Shown: positions 33,441 to 36,479 of the stretch, one piece after another
How positions within the stretch are numbered: position 1 is the first letter of the stretch
How the letters are laid out: every line of letters begins with the position of its first letter
Assembly (NCBI GenBank): GCA_000934665.2
Contig: JYFJ02004560.1
Location: 1-36,479, forward strand
Origin: Catajapyx aquilonaris
Lineage: Eukaryota
Reading direction: 5' to 3'
DNA: 36,479 nt
Translations under genes and position numbers: made by a program
Notes under the pieces: model-generated
The model's input: only the letters and a program-made list of their open reading frames with translations
The model's database searches: none
Told to the model about the DNA's origin: nothing

Positions 33441-34399
33441 CCTATTAAACTCTACCGTTCTTTAAAATTCGCAATATTTTGCGCCATTTTTTTTAACCCA
33501 GATGTAGTCATTCAATCGGCCTGCAGGTGGCATCCTCCCGATAAGAAACATGCTGCCCCCATCCGGCCATGGACCAAACTCTGCAAAGCCCATTCAACTC
33601 TCATCCAACAGGAAAACTCTTCAAAAAAACGCATATCCTCACAAATATACACATTTTGTACAGTACTCTCCCCCCGTATGGTACCTCCCATTTCAAAAAA
33701 AAAAAGAAAAAAAGGACGCCAATAATTAGCAATCAGTCAATAACCGTAATGCGCACAAGGTTAATCACCTCAGTGTATGATGCGAATTATCCTGCATAGC
33801 AACAGCTTCAATTGCGCATTGTTGTGATTGGTGCCTTGTTTTTTTGTTTTGTAAAATTTTCGTTTTAGTGATGCGTACTTGTTACGTAAGTGCGATTGTT
33901 TACAAAGTGCTTAAGGCTCATTTTCGTATATGAACACATTGAATTTGAGCCTTGTGCTTTTTTTCCACCCACACCTCCTCCCCAGCCTCTCCCTTCTTCC
34001 CCTTGATCCCCCAGCCATGGGGAGGCCATCAACCTGCCAGACCAAGGATCGAACCCGGCCTCGGGTGAAGGACCCAGACACTTTTAGGCCACACCACAAA
34101 GAGATTTTTTGGGAAGGGGGAAGGTGCCTCACAATGGGGGTGGTAAAAAAAACACCGTTAAGTCCAGAGCATGTTTTTTTTTAAAAAATTTAAAAAAAAT
34201 GTATATGCCCAGGTATATGATAGTAGGGAGAAAAAACGGTGTAAACAACAATGTGATCGATGTGGACAACCTATAGGGGTGGTTAGTAAAGTCGGGCCTG
34301 TTGCTATGGGCACAATTGGTCGATAAGTATGTGCCTGGAGGGTGGGCTTGCTGATTCTTGAATCAGGTGAGGGCCATTCACAGATCAGATAGCTAAATT

Positions 34400-35285
34400 T
34401 TCTGAATTTATTAACTAATATAATTTTTAATAATAATATAAAACAGTACGTAACAATATACAATACAAGTAATATTAATACTAATATAAATAACTACTAA
34501 AAATAACTAGTATAACTAATAACCAGTGTACTATAAATAATAATGACTACAATAAATAATATTAATTGTAGCTACTATAAATAACTCACATAAATAATCA
34601 GTATAACGAATATAAACACTAACTAATGTAAATCATGTATAATGTAATGATATAAAATAATATAATGTAATGGTAAAGAATAGTAAATAATAATATGACA
34701 GTATTTTAATATTTAATTGGCTTAAATGGTCAAGTAAACAATTGGTGAAGATTTGCTGATTATCAGAATTTTATTAAATTAGGTGGAGTCTGGGGCCAAT
34801 CACAGGCCATTCAGATCCAACCGTAAAATGCTTATGAATAAATTAATTTATTGAATAATAATAATAACATATAATATTTTAATTTGCTTCAATGACCAAG
34901 TAGACAATTGCGGTAGTGATACTTTGCTAATTATTATTATTGAATTCAGATTTAGTCTCGGGCTAAACACGGGTCGGGGTCATTCACCGCCAAACTTTCC
35001 AGAATTAATTAATACAATATTGAAAATAGTTTACAACTAATTCGCATTTGACGAAAATTGCAAATTTTGACATAAAGGTAAAATAAAAAAGTTACAAATA
35101 TACAGTAGTGTACTTCCTAATGAAATTGACCATTTCTGATAGCCAAAGGTTTCGGAATTAATTTAAATATTTAAAAGTAGTCAAAAATGAGAACTTTTGA
35201 CTGACGAAAATTCGACAATTTTGAGGGAAAATGCAAAATTAAAAGTAACAAATAATAATAGTGCACTTCCTAATTAAATTATGAT
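34400..35285. repeat. AT-rich tract followed by two pairs of diverged ~150-170-bp tandem duplications
   Basis: About 34700-34820 resembles 34870-34990 (TTTAATT.GCTT.AATG..CAAGTA.ACAATTG). About 34990-35137 resembles 35143-35280 (TGACGAAAATT...TAGTG.ACTTCCTAAT.AAATT). Confidence 0.65.
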
Positions 35286-35530
35286 TAAAAGTACGAATAT
35301 TAAACAATTTATCCCCGTCATGTTGAAGCACTACGCATCAAGAACTGGTGCTTATGTTGACAAGTCCAAATCCCATGCACGCACTTTGCAAATCAGCTGT
35401 TTATGACTCGGCTTAAACGACCTTCTCTCTCCCAACCTCAACCCGCATCGGATGTAAACAAACAACAGCTGTGTAACCCAAATGACGTCATTGCGGAAGT
35501 TGCGGGGGAGGCGTGTCATGTGAGGGTTTG

Positions 35531-36479
35531 TTTTTTTTATACACGCATGTGCGCCTTATTGTTATGTAACTAGTCCTTGGATGGTAACAAGAGGACCTAA
35601 AAATTCTCATCGAAAAAAAAAAAAGTCGTATAGAACGGCTCTGTCCGTCTGTCTGTGGACATGTATCAGGGCCCAAACCGCTAGAAATAGCGGCAAACGG
35701 ATTTCGGTTTTGGATTCAGTGCGACCGAAATAGGTTTCATGGTCAACTTCCGGTGACCCACCACTTCCGGTTTTCCGGGTTCACTCTATCCGCCAAGGTC
35801 GATTTATATGCAGATTACCGTTTAAATAGGAAATGAGACTATAACAACGATTAATGTCGTTGTCATATTAGAATCGCATCGTGTCGTATCGTAGGTTTGC
35901 CAGCCTCATTTCCCACTGCCCAGTGAGAAAAAGTCTACTCGAATCACGCCAACCTTGTTTGTAATTTTTTGTCCAATTTTTTAACTAAAATTGGAGGAAC
36001 AGTGAAACAATACTGCCAACAATAGATGCACCTGGCTGATGACTCGCTCCGGACAGATGAGCAGACGCCAATTAGCATTATTTTATTAATTAAAAACCAG
36101 AGAGCCGGTCCATGATTGGCTAGATCTGGACCTATCCCGAGACCTCACATCACGTGACCCCATCCGGGGCATGATTGGCCAGATCTGGACCAATCCCGGA
36201 ATCGCACATCACGTGACCAGCCGGTCCATGATTGGCCAGATCTGTGGACCAATCCCGAAACCCTACATCACGTGACCAGTGATACCGTACCTTATCGACA
36301 GTACCTCGTCATACCGGTCATGACTTGTACCGAAGTGGGTCGGTATCTACGATTCCTCCCAGTCCACCCAAACCCAAACCGCCCATCCAAAGTGGACCGC
36401 GCCTATTGATTGCTTCAAGTCTATGCAATACAATATGGCTAAGTGGCCACATGTGTACATATATATGCGAGAGCCCCCC
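35531..36479 (+). mobile_element. Probable DINE-1/HINE-like non-autonomous Helentron (may extend beyond the window)
   Basis: Starts at a T-run followed by ATACAC, has a CTGTCCGTCTGTCTGT microsatellite at about 35641 and an internal tandem array. This is the block order known for DINE-1/HINE. The 3' end was not identified. Confidence 0.5.
36105..36279. repeat. Three tandem 57-59-bp units
   Basis: Units start at 36105, 36164 and 36221, with consensus CCGGTCCATGATTGGCCAGATCTGGACCAATCCCG...ACATCACGTGACC. Confidence 0.93.

Noticed and set aside
36030..36075. Hammerhead ribozyme (CTGATGA followed by a short stem)
   Set aside because: The required GAAA after stem II and stems I/III are missing. 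The minus-strand CTGATGA near 16045 fails the same way.
36105..36279. CRISPR-like repeat/spacer array
   Set aside because: The variable parts are only about 5-12 bp and related to each other, the context is eukaryotic and there are no cas genes. It is a tandem repeat.

Overview
This is eukaryotic genomic DNA, most likely an arthropod; the tRNA/CORE-type SINE suggests a hemimetabolous insect, which is an inference. There is one intact host gene: a two-exon class A neuropeptide GPCR of the myosuppressin-receptor/DMSR (Srw-type) family on + (exons 23027-23356 and 24080-24952, about 400 aa). A dead TM7 fragment of a paralogous receptor lies about 20 kb upstream (2938-3051). The window has two very different halves. 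The left ~22 kb is a dense mosaic of short, decayed coding fragments from many unrelated transposon families (IS630/Tc1-like, piggyBac x2, hAT x3, P/THAP9 x2, Gypsy LTR+PBS, pogo, RTE, Penelope, Helitron PIF1), and nearly all the ones I recognised are on +. The right ~14 kb holds structurally intact non-coding elements: fold-back MITEs, three SINE-like inserts with perfect TSDs, a DINE-1/HINE-like element with tandem repeats, and microsatellites. The most speculative lead is a uni-strand piRNA-cluster-like locus transcribed leftwards from a promoter head-to-head with the GPCR. All family assignments are by eye from motifs; no database search was run.
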